Below are positions 48,346-62,565 of a stretch of 64,000 nt of DNA, piece by piece. Made by a program: the position numbers and the translations under genes. This DNA comes from Mustelus asterias. Taxonomy: Eukaryota. How positions within the stretch are numbered: position 1 is the stretch's first letter; each line of letters opens with the position of its first letter. The stretch is from NCBI RefSeq assembly GCF_964213995.1, contig NW_027590186.1, positions 744,001 to 808,000 of the forward strand, in the 5' to 3' direction. Under the pieces are notes generated by a model, which saw only the letters and a list, made by a program, of their open reading frames with translations, was not told the origin of the DNA and did not search any database.

Positions 48346-48815
48346 GATAAATCTAATATGTAGCAGGTCCATTCAAAAGTCTGAGGGCAGCAGGAAAGTT
48401 CTTGAGTCGGTTGGTACGTGATCTCAGACTTTGTATCTTTTTCCTGACGGAAGAAGGTGGAAGAGAGAATGTGTGCATGAGGTCCTTAATTATGCTGGCT
48501 GCTTTTCTAAGGCCGCGGGAAGTGTAGACAGAGTCAATGAATGGGAGGCTAGTCTGCGTGATGGACGGGGCTACATTCACGACCTTTTGTAATTTCTTGC
48601 AGTCTTGGACAGAGCAGAAACCATACCAAGCCGTGATACAGAAAGGATGCTTCCTATGGTGCATCTGTAGAAGTTGGTGAGAGTCGTAGCTGACATGCCA
48701 AATTTCCTCAGCCTCCTGAGAAAGTAGACGTGTTGGTGGGCTTTCTCAATTATAGTGTCGGCATGGGGGGACCAGGACAAGTTGTTGGTGATCTGGACAC
48801 CTAGAAACTTGAAGT
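48176..48815 (-). mobile_element. Rex1/Babar-like LINE 3' fragment
   Basis: FKFLGVQITNNLSW, YFLRRLRKFGMS, FYRCTI motifs and an (AATCA)n tail. Confidence 0.7.
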
Positions 48816-50279
48816 TGAGACCCAAATGACAAGTTGTCATAGTGTCATCGATGTTTACAGCATGGAAACAGGCCCTTTGGCCCAACTTGTCATGCTGCCC
48901 TTTTTCTTTTAACCCCTAAGCTGGTCCCAATTCCCCACATTTGGCCCATATCCCTCTACATCTATCTTACCCATGTAACTGTCTAAATGCTTTTTAAAAG
49001 ATAAATCTGTGTCCGTCTCTACTACTACCTCTGACAGCTTGTTCCAGACGCTCATCACTCTCTGTGTGAAAAGATTGCCCCTCTGGAAACTTTTGTATGT
49101 CCCCCCTCTCACCTTAAACCCATGCCCTCGAGTTTGAGACTCCCCTACCTTTGGGAAAAGATATTGACTATCTATTGTGTGTCAACCATAGAATAGCCAC
49201 AGAATGAAGGAGGCCATTCAGCCCATTCAGCTGCTGTCGACTCTCTGCTAGAGCAATCGAGCCAGCCCCACTGCTCCACCTTGTCCCTGGAGCCCTGCAA
49301 ATCTTTTCCCATCAGCTTCCCATCCCACTTCCTCCGGAAAGACAGCGAGGAGCAGAGAGGAAAGAGGGACTTGGGGAATGGAAGGTTTCATCTGATGTTC
49401 TTGTTGGCAGATGCTCTGTGGCGGATAAAGCTGGCAGCCTCCTCCAGAAAGCAGCACAGAGTGAATGGAAGGGTCAGAATGAGACACGAGAGAGAGAGAG
49501 AGGGGTGAAAGCTTTCTGTTTGTCAGCAAAAAGCACAATGGTGGCCCTGTGTCCTTCAGGGAGCGGCCCAGGCCTCGCTCAAAGCCTGCCCTGTCCTCAC
49601 ACTCACTGGGAGACGGCCATTTCTAACATGTTGTCCATGTTTCTGAGCTGACACTGAGACAAACACAACAACAGCAACCACTGTCCGGACAAGTCCTCAC
49701 GGAGAATGAAATGTCCAAAGCCACTTCAAAGGAAGATTGCGCGGCAGGATTTGTCCCCGAGCTGCAGAGGGAGAGATTTGGATGTATGACCAGAAGCTGG
49801 GTCAGTGAGGTTGTGTTTTAGCAATGGAGGTCTAGAGAACAGAAAAGGCCCTTCGGCCCATTGCATCTGTGCCGGTCAAAGACAAATCACCCAACTTGGC
49901 TCACGGCCTGGTAAGCCTTGGCATTGCAAATGCATAGCTAAGCACTTCTTAAACGTTCTGAGGGTCTCTGCCTCCACCACCCTTTCAGGCAGAGAGTTCC
50001 AGACTCCCACCACCCTCTGGGTGAAAAAGGTTTTCCTCACATCCCCTGTAAACCTCCTGCCCCTTACCCTAAATCTATACCCCCTGGTCATTGATCCCAC
50101 CACCAAGGGGAAAGCTTTCTCCCCGTCTACTCTATCGATGTCCCTCATAATCTTATCCATCTCCATCATGTTCCCCCTCAGCCTCCTCTGCTCCACGGAA
50201 AACAACCCCAGGGTGGAATCTTATCACCGTTCAGGCCGGCAGGATTTTCCCATCCCACTGCAGTGAAAGGAGATTTGGC

Positions 50280-51100
50280 TGGAAAATTGGGCGGAGAGGT
50301 GGCAGATGGAATTTAATCCGGATAAATGCGAAGTGATGCATTTTGGAAGAAATAATGTAGGGAGGAGTTATGCAATAAATGGCAGAGTCATCAGGAGTAT
50401 AGAAACACAGAGGGACCTAGGTGTGCAAGTCCACAAATCCTTGAAGGTGGCAACACAGGTGGAGAAGGTGGTGAAGAAGGCATATGGTATGCTTGCCTTT
50501 ATAGGATGGGGTATAGAGTATAAAAGCTGGAGTCTGATGATGCAGCTGTATAGAACGCTGGTTAGGCCGCATTTGGAGTACTGCGTCCAGTTCTGGTCGC
50601 CGCACTACCAGAAGGACGTGGAAGCATTGGAGAGAGTGCAGAGAAGGTTTACCAGGATGTTGCCTGGTATGGAGGGTCTTAGCTATGAGGAGAGATTGGG
50701 TAGACTGGGGTTGTTCTCCTTGGAAAGACGGAGAATGAGGGGAGATCTAATAGAGGTATACAAGATTATGAAGGGTATAGATAGGGTGAACAGTGGGAAG
50801 CTTTTTCCCAGGTCGGAGGTGACGATCACGAGGGGTCACGGGCTCAAGCTGAGAGGGGCGAAGTATAACTCAGACATCAGAGGGACGTTTTTTACACAGA
50901 GGGTGGTGGGGGCCTGGAATGCGCTGCCAAGTAGGGTGGTGGAGGCAGGCACGCTGACATCGTTTAAGACTTACCTGGATAGTCACATGAGCAGCCTGGG
51001 AATGGAGGGATACAAACGATGGGTCTAGTTGGACCAAGGAGCGGCACAGGCTTGGAGGGCCGAAGGGCCTGTTTCCTGTGCTGTACTGTTCTTTGTTCTT
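50280..51100 (+). mobile_element. Young CR1 3' fragment (open 240-aa frame)
   Basis: MEFNPDKCEVMHFG...RGDLIEVYKIM and a TTCTTTG tail. Confidence 0.9.
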
Positions 51101-54100
51101 TGGCTGCTCACCAGATTCTCCGACCTCGCTGAGCGGGAGTGTGGCATCAACAGGTGGCAAGATCACACCCTCAGTCTATAAAATCTCTCTTCAGTTCGAG
51201 TGGCGGCACGGTAGCACAGTGGTTAGCACTGCTGCCTCACAGCGCCAGGGACCCGGGTTCAATTCCGGCCTCGGGTTACTGTCTGTGTGGAGTTTGCACA
51301 TTCTCCCCATGTCTGCGTGGGTTTCCTCCGGGTGCATTGTCCATGCAAAATTGCCCTGAGGGTCCCACGATGTATAGGTTAGGGGGATTAGCGGGAAAAC
51401 ACGTGGGTTTACGGGGTAAGCCTGGGTAAGAGTCCGTGCAGATTTGATGGGTCGAATGGCCTCATTCTGGACTGTAGGGATTCTATGATTCTATGCACTA
51501 AAACTCTCCAGGCCAGGCAACATCCTGGTGAATCTCCTCTGCACCTTTTCCAGTGCTATCACATCCCTCCTGTCCTGTGCAATCCACAACTGCACAATTT
51601 ATCGATGAGGGGCGGCACAGTGGTTCACACTGCTGCCTCACAGCGCCAGGGACCCGGGTTTGATTCCTGGCTTGGGTCACTGTCAGTGTGGAGTTTGTAC
51701 ATTCTCCCCGTGTCTGCGTGGGTTTCCACCGGGTGCTGCGGTTTCCTCCCACAGTTCGAAAGACGCGCTGGTTAGGTGTATCAGCCATGCTAAATTCTCC
51801 CCAAGTTGCCCAAACAGGTGCAAGAGCATGGCGACTATGGATTTTCCACAGTAACTTCATTGCAGTGTTAATGCAACCCTACTTGTGACACTAATAAAAA
51901 AACTTTTAAACCTGATACTCAATTCCCCCATGTTGGCCTTGTTCTGTGATCATTAATGCGGATGTTTAGATTATTCAATAGTTCTTTAAGGACAGCAGAC
52001 ACAGGGGAAAAAAAACATGTGACTCTTTACACAACAGATATATTTCAAGGGGATATTGCAGCCAGTTGTATCTGAGTGGCAGTAATCTTCCCTCAGAATC
52101 AGACAGATTGTGAGTTCAGCTCAGAGCCTCAAATACTAGGCCCTTAGCATCGATCAGAGACTCCGAACAGAGAAATACAGAAAGAGAGTTTGGCAAAGTC
52201 AGATTTAATTTTCCATTCAATATTTATTTAAAAATTCAGAGAATATTTGACAGGAAAATTGATTTTAAAGTTAACAAAAGTGAATCTGACCTTTGAGCTT
52301 CACAATGAGATCTGAACCCCTACGCTCTGAGCTGCCCAATATCTGTACAGCTGTACCAGACACCAGAAAGAGAAAACCAGAGCTCAACATCACGGGAAAT
52401 GAACAATTGTGAATCAGGAACGAGAAAAGTTATTAATTTATACCTGAGATTTAAACTACAGGAAAACTATTAACTACAATTACATTACAACAAAAGTTAC
52501 CTTCTACATTTCACACTGAAAACTGAACTACCGCCCACAATTGTCTCAGTGACAGATTCAGAATGATAAACTGAGAGAATTTCACTGTTGGAGTCACCGA
52601 CAGCAGATATTGTATTTGTGTCAATCAGAAAGCTTAATAATCAGCTGAGGGAAATCTACACCGTCCAAAATTCAACCCATCACTTGATCTGTAAAAGAAA
52701 GATACAATAAAGAAGCAGATGTTTAGGATGCGGGACATTAATGTTAGAGTTTTTAATCAATGAATCATTTAGAGATTTTTCAAATCCCTTCTGTCAGTTT
52801 GACAATCCACTCTGACACCAGTCACATTTCACACTCTCTGCTCAGTCCTGTGTTGGGGGGGTGTTTAGTGTGGGATCAGTGTTTGCTTTTCTCAAACCGC
52901 AGTGATATTCCCAACAAGGACAAGAGGTTTCAGTGTTTAAAAATGTAAAGATTTCAGAACAAAACCAGACAGAGAGTGATGAGGCCTCACACCTTCAATG
53001 TAGTGATTCCCCCAATCTTTCCTTTTGTATATTGTTTCCTTCCTCTGTCTGAAGTATTGGAGACGTCGACATCACTGAAACAATACAATCTCTCGGGACA
53101 ATCACTGTAAACAGCTTCTGGAAACAAATTAACACTTTAATCACCCAAAAAGCTGAATGTCCATTCAAACACCTCCCTCCCCATATCCTTGTAAATGCAA
53201 AGATAACTCCCATTTCCCCAAAGCAGGAAGATGTGAAATGGAAACATCTTCAGCTTTTTACACACTGCACTTTTCCACGGACCAAAATGTTTCAAAACAT
53301 TTGCTGAAGTTTTGTTTTAAACTCTTTATCAATGTCCTTCCAGGTTTACTGTGAAGGTTTGTGTTCCACACTGAGCCCCTCTCAGTCTCCACATGGAGCT
53401 TGTGTGTGTGCTGATGCTCCTGTCGTTTTGGATGGATACTGTGTGAAGCTGCATTCTCTCCCAGTGAGTTTCTGATCTACTTCACTCTCTCTGCGGCTGG
53501 AGCAATGTCCAGCAGGCAGCAGAGGATGGCAGTGTATCACTGTCAGCACAATAGACAAACAGCCTTTCGCAAGAGAGGCTTTGACCCTTTTTCAAACCAA
53601 ATCCCCAATTTGATGTTTCCAGCTGTGCTGTTTACAATGCTGCTGAATATTGTGTGTCTTTGGTAAACTGGGATGTGTAGCATTCAGTCACATTAAGTGG
53701 TCAATAAATACGTCAACACTGTGTGTATCTTTCTGTGTGTGTGTGTCAGCGTGCATGTGTGTCAATGTATTTAAATCTCAAAGGAAAATAGGAGCAGGTG
53801 TAGGCCATTTGGCCCATCGATCCTGCGCCAGCATTCAAACAGATCATGGTGCACGTACGCACACAAAACACGCACACACCAACACACACAAAACACGCAC
53901 ACATACAAAACACGCACACACAAACACACATAAAACACGCACACACAAACACACATAAAACACACACACACACACAAAGCACGCACACACACAACAAACA
54001 CACATAAAACACACACAAATCACACACACAAACACAATAAACACACACACAAACCAAACACACAGTTAGCACTGCTGCCTCACAGTGCCAGGGACTCGGG

Positions 54101-54978
54101 TTCGGTTCTCACCTTGGGTCACTGTCTGTGCGGAGTTTGCACGTTCTCCCCGTGTCTGCGTGGGTTTCCTCCGGGTGCTCCGGTTTCCTCCCACAGTCTG
54201 AAAGACGTTCTGGTTCGGGTGCATTGGCCGTGCTAAATTGTCCCTTCGCGTCAGGGAGACTAGCTTGGGTAAATGCATGGGGTAATGGGGATAGGGCCTG
54301 AGTGGGATTGTGGTCGGTGAAGACTCAATGGGCCAAATGGCCTCCTTCTGCACTGTAGGAGTCTAGGATTCTATGAAAACACACAGAAACAGATGTTCTC
54401 ACCCAGTAACACTCACACGCACACAGTAATAAACACACACGNNNNNNNNNNNNNNNNNNNNNNNNNNNNNNNNNNNNNNNNNNNNNNNNNNNNNNNNNNN
54501 NNNNNNNNNNNNNNNNNNNNNNNNNNNNNNNNNNNNNNNNNNNNNNNNNNNNNNNNNNNNNNNNNNNNNNNNNNNNNNNNNNNNNNNNNNNNNNNNNNNN
54601 NNNNNNNNNNNNNNNNNNNNACACAATCGATTTGCCTCTTGAACATGCTGAATGATTGGGCTTCCACATCCCCCTGGAATAGAAAATTCCAAAGCTTCAC
54701 CACCCTCTGAGTGAAGAAATTCCTCCTCATCTCAGTCTTCAATGGTCTGCCCCTGATTCTGAGATTGTGTCCCCTGGTTCTAGTCTCACCAGCCAGGGGA
54801 AACATCCAATCTACATCCACCCTGTCACACCCTGTAAGAATTTTAAGTCTGTTTCAATGGGATCGCCTCTCATTCTTCAAGGGTTCAAGGCCGACTTCCG
54901 GACATGATGGCCATGGAAGGTGTGCTCATAACGGGGCCAAACAGCTGGATTATCAAACAGTAAATCCTGCCGGGATCA

Positions 54979-55308
54979 TGTATCAGTAATCTCTGCCTGA
55001 AACCTCTCTCAGTTATTACAATATGGGCCTTGTATCAGTAAACTCTGCCCGAAACCTCTCTCAGTTATTACAATCTGGGCCTGGTATCAGTAAACTCTGC
55101 CCAAAACCACTCTCAGTTATTACAATCTGGGCCTTGTATCAGTAATCCCTGCCCGAAACCTCTCTCAGTTATTACAATCTGGGCCTGGTATCAGTAAACT
55201 CTGCCCTAAACCACTCTCAGTTATTGCAATCTGGGCCTTGTATCAGTAATCTCTGCCCTAAACCTCTCTCAGTTATTACAATCTGGGCCTTGTATCAGTA
55301 AACTCTGT
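54979..55308. repeat. 52-bp tandem repeat, about 6 copies
   Basis: Unit GTATCAGTAAACTCTGCCCGAAACCTCTCTCAGTTATTACAATCTGGGCCTT with minor variants. Confidence 0.9.
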
Positions 55309-55319
55309 CCTAGTACACC

Positions 55320-58300
55320 AGAGACTGAAAGCAAGCATGCAGCTACAGCAAACAGTTAGGAAGGCAAATGATATGTTGGCCTTCATTGCAAGAGAATTTG
55401 AGGAAAGGAGCAAGGATGTCTTACTGCAGCTGTACAGGCCCTCGTTGAGACCACACCTGGAATATTGTGTACAGTTATTGTCTCTGAAACTATGAAATGC
55501 TGCACTTACCATAGAGGGAGAGCAGCGGAGGCACACCAGACTGATTCCTGGGATGGCAGGATTGTCGTATGAGGAGAGATTGAGTCGACTGGGCCTGTAT
55601 TCACTGGAGTTCCGAAGAATGAGAGGGGATCGAATTGAAATGTATAAATTCTGACCGGGCTGGACTGACTGAATACAGGGATGTTGTTTCCTCCAGCTGA
55701 GGGGCTGAGGGGGTGGGGAGAGGGGCGGGGGGGGCGGGGGGAGAGGCTGGAACAAGGGATCACAGATGGTGAAACTTTGCAATATGTTTAATCTGTAGAA
55801 ACCTATCCATCTCAGTCTGTGAACGATGACTGAGCCTCCACAGCCCTCTGGGATAGGGAATTCCAAAGATTTACCATCCTGGAAGCACATGGAATTCAGG
55901 AAACCTTGGCGAGATGGATCCGAAACTGGTTTAGTAATTGGACACAAAGGGTGGTGTTGGAAGGCTGTTTGAGTGGCTGGAGGCCGGTGTCCAGTGGTGC
56001 ACCACAAGGCTCCGTGCTGGGGGGCTTATTGTTGTTATACATAAATGAGACAGATGATAATGTGGGGGCAATGATAAGCAAGGTTCCAGATGACACCAAG
56101 ATTGGTAGGATGGTTAATAGTGAAGAAGGTTGTAGGTTACAGGAAGATATCGCTGGGTTGGTCAGATAGGCAGAGCAGTGGCAGATGGTATTTGACCCTG
56201 ATAGGTGCGAGGTGATGCACTTTGGAAGCAGTAACAAGGCAAGGGAGTATTTAATGAGTTGCAGGACACTGGGAAGCTCAGAGGAACATATGGATCTTGG
56301 GCAATTATTCACAGATCCCTGAAGGCAGCAGAGCAGGTGAATCAAGTGGGAAAGAAGGCAGATGAGACACTTGCTTTTATCAGTCATGGCGCAGAGTAGA
56401 AGAGCAAAGAGTTAATGTTGGAGTTGTACAGAGTGTTGGTTAGGCCACAGCTGGAGTACCGTGTGCAGATCTGGTCACCACACCAGAGGAAGGATATGAT
56501 AGCACTAGAGGGGGTACAGAGGAGGCTCAGCAGCAAGTTGCCTGGGATGGAGTATTTGAGCTATACGGAGAGACTGGAAAGGTTTGGATTGTTTTCTTTA
56601 GAGCAGAGAAGGCTGATTGAGGTGTATAAGATTATGAGGGGTATGGACAGGGTGAATAGGAAACAGCTGTTCCCCTTGGTTGAGGGGACATAGTTTTAGG
56701 GCAAAGGGCAGGAGATTCAGAGGAGAGTTGAGAAAAACATTCACTCAGAGGGTGATGGGAATCAGGAATGTACTGCCTGGGAAGGCAGTGGAGGTCGGAA
56801 ACCTTACAACCTTTCAAAAGCATTTGGATGAGCACTTGAAACATCACAACATTCAAAGATATGGTACAAGAGATGGAAAATTGGATTAGCACAACTTTAG
56901 TGGTAGTTACTGTTGGTGCAGACTCAATGGGTCGAAGGGCCTTTTCTTCACTGTACCACTCTATGACTCTGAGGGAAGAAATTCCTCCTCACAGGAAGCA
57001 GAGAGTCGGAATAAATGGGTGCTTTTCTGGTTGGCGGATGGTAACTAGTGGTGTGCCGCAGGGATCGGTACTGGGGCCTAAACTATTTACCATTTATATA
57101 GACGATCTGGAGGAGGGGACTGAGTGTAGGGTAACAAAGTTTGCAGACGACACAAAGATAAGTGGAAAAGTGAATCGTGCGGTGATCAGGAAGGCAAATG
57201 GGATGTTGGCCTATATCGCAAGGGGGATAGAATATAAAAGCAGAGACGTCTTGCTGCATCTGTACAGGGCATTGGTGAAGCCGCAGCTGGAATACTGTGT
57301 GCAGTATTGGTCCCCTTATTTGCGGAAGGATATATTGGCCTTGGAGGGAGTGCAGAGAAGGTTCACCAGGTTGATACCAGAGATGAGTGGTGTTGATTAT
57401 CAGGAGAGACTGAGCAGATTGGGTTTGTACTCGTTGGAATTTAGAAGGCTGAGGGGGGATCTTATAGAGACCTATAAGATAATGAAGGGGCTGGATAGGG
57501 TAGAGGTGGAGAGATTATTTCCACTTAGAAAGGAAGCTAGAACTAGAGGGCACAGCCTCAAAATAAAGGGGGGTCAGTTGAGGACAGAGTTGAGGAGGAA
57601 CTTCTTCTCTCAGAGGGTGGTGAATCTCTGGAATTCTCTGCCCACTGAAGTGGTGGAGGCTACCTCGTTGAATATGTTTAAATCACGGAGAGATGGATTC
57701 CTGATCGGTAAGGGAATTAGGGGTTATAGGGATCAGGCGGGTAAGTGGAACTGATCCACTTCAGATCAGCCATGATCTTATTGAATGGCGGGGCAGGCTC
57801 GAGGGGCTAGTTGGCCTACTCCTGCTCCTATTTCTTATGTTCTTATCTCAGTCCTAAATGTCCTGCCCCCTTACTCTGCGACTATGCCATGGTTCTAGAC
57901 ACCACCCCCCCGCCCCCAGCCGGGGGAAACATCCTTCCTGTATCTACTCAGCTAATGTTTGGGGGTTGGGGAGAGTTATAGAACAAAGAGATCTCGGGGT
58001 ACAGGTTCATAGCTTCTTGACAGTGGAGTCACAGGTGGACAGAGTGGTGAAGAAGGCATTCAGCATGCTTGGTTTCATTGGTCAGAACATTGAATACAGG
58101 AGTTGGGACGTCTTGTTGAAGTTGTACAAGACATTGGTAAGGCCACACTTGGAATACTGTGTACAGTTCTGGTCACCCTATTTTAGAATGGATATTATTA
58201 AACTAGAAAGAGTGCAAAAAAGATTTACTAGGATGCTACCGGGACATGATGGTTTGGGTTTTAAGGAGAGGTTGTACAGACTGGGACTTTTTTCCCTGTA

Positions 58301-59790
58301 GTGTAGAAGACTGAGGGGTGATTTTATAGAGGTCTATAAAATAATGAGGGGCATAGATCAGCTAGATAGTCAATATCTTCTCCCAAAGGTAGAGGAGTCT
58401 AAAACTAGAGGGCATAGGTTTAAGGTGAGAGGGGAGAGATACAAAAGGGTCCAGAGGGCAATTCTTTTCACACAGAGGGTGGTGAGTGTCTGGAATGAGC
58501 TGCCAGGGGCAGTAGTAGGGGCGGGTACAATTTTATGTTTTAAAAAGCATTTAGACAGTTACATGGGTAAGATTGGTAGAGAGGGATATGGGCGAAACAC
58601 AGGCAATTGTGATTAGCTTAATGGTAAAAACTGGGCGGCATGGACAAGTTGGGCCAAAGCGCGTTTCCATGCTGTAAACCTCTATGACTCGACCCTGCTG
58701 AGCCCTGTAAGAATTGTCCAAGTTTGAATGAGGTCACCTCTCATGCTTCTCAAGTGCATAAAGTAAAAGTCCATTTTCTTTCCTCAGAGGACAATCCCTC
58801 CATCCCAGGAATTAATGCAGTGAAATGTCATTGAAGTCCCTCTCGGACAAGAATATCTTTCCTTAGGTAAGAGGATAAAACTGTCCACAACACTCCGTGT
58901 GTGGTTTCACCACTAATTCAGCCTCTCCCACATCCCCTTGAAGAGTCTACATCCTCCTCACAACTCACACTTCCACCTGCTTTCATGTCATCTGCAAACT
59001 CGGAAATATTACATTTGATCCCAAACGTCCAAATCAATGATATGGATTGTGAATAGCTGGGCTCCCGAGTACTGATCCTTGTGATAAGCCGCTGGTCACA
59101 GCCTGCCACCCTGAAAATGACCCATTTGTACCTAAGCTCTGTTTTCTGTCCGTTAACCATTTCTCAATTCATGCCAGTATTATCAGGGTAAATACGTTGC
59201 ATCACGGGGTAGGGCCTGGGTGGGAATGTTGTCAGCGCAGGCTCGATGGGCTGTATGGCCTCCTTCTGCACTGTAGGGATTCCATGATTCTAATATGTAC
59301 ATACGTCAGTGAAGGTGGCAGGGCACTTTGAGAGAGCAGTAAATGAAGTATATGGTATCCCAGCTTTTATTCATGGAGGGATTGAGGACAAGAGTAAGGA
59401 GTTCATATTGAACTTTTATAAGACAATTGTTAGGCCTCATCTGGAGACTGTGCCCAGTTCTGGGCACCGTACTTGAGGAGGGATGTGAAGACATTGGAGA
59501 GAGTGCAGAGGAGATTCACAAGAATGATTCCAGGGAATAAGATCCGTAGCTACGAGGGTAGATTGGAGAGGTTGGGACTGTTTTCCTTGGAGGAAAGAAG
59601 GCTGAGGTGAGACTTGAGAGAGAGATTCAAGATCCTAAGGGGTATCCACAGGTTAAAGATTGAGAAACTCTTCCCTCTCAAGAGATGGTCATGAACTAGA
59701 GGGCACAGATTCTAAATGATGGGGAAATGGATCAGAAGTGAAGTGAGGAAAAGCACTTCATCAAGAGGGTGTTTGGAATCTGGAACAATC
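55320..59790 (+). mobile_element. Cluster of several CR1 3' fragments, mostly plus strand
   Basis: Repeated RT C-terminal motifs in ORFs 55906-56169, 56415-56693, 56861-57754 and 57858-58616. Confidence 0.85.
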
Positions 59791-61009
59791 TTCCCGAAAG
59801 CCTGTTCCAATATTCAATAAGATCCTGGCTGATCTGTGATCGAACTCTCTGTCTCTTAACCCCTTGGACTAAGGAAAATCTATCAACCCCAGATTTAAAA
59901 TAATAACAAGTGACTGAGCATCAATAGCCATTTGCAGAAGATTGTTTCAAACTAACTCCACACCACATCTGGCAAGGTTTCCATTTCTACAATTCTAAAA
60001 TTCTAAACTGAGGCTAACATTCAAATATTCCCAAATCCTGGAGTTCCCAGCCAGCAGAAAAACTTGTTCTTTATCAGCCTCTCCCTTTCCCTCATTATTT
60101 TCAATGTTTGATTAAATCAGCCCCCAACTTAAATTCCAGCGGTTAAGAATAATGTTTAATCTGCACTCATAGAATCATAGAAACCCTACAGTGCAGAAGG
60201 AGGCCATTCGGCCCATCGAGTCTGCACCGACCACAATCCCACCCAGACCCTACCCCCACATATTTACCCGCTAATCCCTCTAACCTACACATCCCAGGAC
60301 TCTCAGGGGCAATTTTTAACCTGGCCAATCAACCTAACCCGCACATGTTTGGACTGTGGGAGGAAACCGGAGCACCCGGAGGAAACCCACGCAGACACGA
60401 GGAGAATGTGCAAACTCCACACAGACAGTGACCCGAGCCGGGAATCGAACCCGGGACCCTGGAGCTGTGAAGCAGCAGTGGTAACCACTGTGCTACCGTG
60501 CCGCACTGTTCATCAAATGTTCCCAACACAAATACTGGAATGGGCTAAATACAGAGTAAAATTCCCTCTGCTCTGTCCAAGGAATGTTTCATCACAGATT
60601 TTTATTTTGAAGTTTAGGAAAAACAGGAATCAAATTGCTCAGCATCCCAGTGTGGTCCCCTGTTTATTTCAATCAGCCCTTCACATTCAAACATGAAGTT
60701 GAAGCTTCGAATACTGTCTGTGGCAGCGTTTGTGGATTCAGTTGTTCTCCTGCTTTTTCACTTGTCTGAAGGATTTGAATTATAGACATTGTTTAATCAT
60801 TCCTTTCTCTCAGCACATGGAACTTGTGAATCTTCAAGGCAGACAATCTCATGTCATTAACAACAAACGGCATCTTTATTCATCCGTCCATTTCCTATCT
60901 CTGAATGGATCACACACATTTCCAGAATGCAGGAAGCTCTCAATGGAAACTGCTTCCAATTATTCCCCAATACAATTGTTCGCACTTTACTGTGAACTAC
61001 ATTCCACTG

Positions 61010-62565
61010 ACATTCCCAAAGCAGCCACAGAAAAGTGACTGGTTATTTTAAACACTGAACCTGAACTATTTGAGCTGATGATTCACTCACATTGTACAGA
61101 AATGTTGACCCTGTTTTGATGAGAGTGATCAGATTAACATTGTAACATGAAGACAGCCTCCGTACTGAGATTAACCACATTTACAACAATTCCGCAATAT
61201 CAGAGTCATTGCTGTGTGTATTGTGCGAATTCAGCTGTGAAATATCTGGACATTTGGAGCTTCCACTGTTTCTGTCATTTCATCATTTATTAAAGTACGT
61301 TGTTCTATCCCTTTTAAATCTAAGTTGTGTCAGTTTACATTTCCCTGCACTGAAACCTCTCCACCAGTTTTGTCCATGTACAAAATATGAATAACTCTTT
61401 GCAATGTGATGTTTCCAGCTGCGCTGCTTACAATGCTGTCTAATGTTTTGTGTCATCGGCAAACCAGGATGTGTAGCATTCAGTCACATTAAATGGTCAA
61501 TAAATATGTCAATACTGTGTATATATTTCTCTGCGTGTGTGTCTGTGTCTGTGTCTGTGTGTGTGTGTGTGTGTGAGCATGCATGTGTGTCAATGTATTT
61601 GAATCTCAAATATGTGCAGTTGGAGGCCATTTGACCCATCGAGCCTGCTCCCCCACTCAANNNNNNNNNNNNNNNNNNNNNNNNNNNNNNNNNNNNNNNN
61701 NNNNNNNNNNNNNNNNNNNNNNNNNNNNNNNNNNNNNNNNNNNNNNNNNNNNNNNNNNNNNNNNNNNNNNNNNNNNNNNNNNNNNNNNNNNNNNNGAGAC
61801 ACACAGACACTCACAGACACACACGCAGAGAGACACAAACACACACTCACAGACACACACACGCAGAGAGACACAAACACACACTCACAGACACACATGC
61901 ACAAAGACACAGAGACACACACACAGACACACACTCACTCACAGACACACGCAGAGAAACACAATCACACACACAGAAACACACATTGAAATAGACACTT
62001 GCACACATGTAGAAACTGTCTCTCTCTCTCACACACACACACACACAGAAATACAAAAACATAAGCGCACCGACACTCTCATTCCTATTTCTGTTTTACT
62101 CCTCAATCCCCCAACTAAAAAGTACTGGGATCTGAACTTGAAATGCTGGAACTGATCATGGAGGAATGAGTGGGGCCTAATAGACACTGAGAAGTTAACT
62201 TGTGTGTGAATCATAGAATGGTGACAGCACAGGAGGCCATTCAGCCGGTCAAGCCTGGATCGACACACTGCAAGAGCAGTTTCACTATTCCCAATCCTCC
62301 ACCCTCTCCCCGTAACCCTGTCAATATTTTCCCTTCAGCTTCCCATTCAATTTCCTCTTGATGGAATCTTCTCCCACCTCTGACTCAGGCAGAACATGAT
62401 GTGGAGATGCCGGCGTTGGACTGGGGTAAACACAGTAAGAAGTTTAACAACACCAGGTTAAAGTCCAACAGCTTTATTTGGTAGCAAAAGCCACACAAGC
62501 TTTCGGAGCTCCAAGCCCCTTCTTCAGGTGAGTGGGAATTCTGTTCACAACAGGGCATATAAAGA
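61010..62565. repeat. Local duplication B, copy 2
   Basis: See copy 1. Empty site ttcccaatc|ctccaccc near 62295. Confidence 0.9.

Noticed and set aside
54979-55308. Regular repeats that superficially resemble a CRISPR array (also 23395-23604)
   Set aside because: Pure tandem units without unique spacers, in vertebrate DNA with no cas genes.
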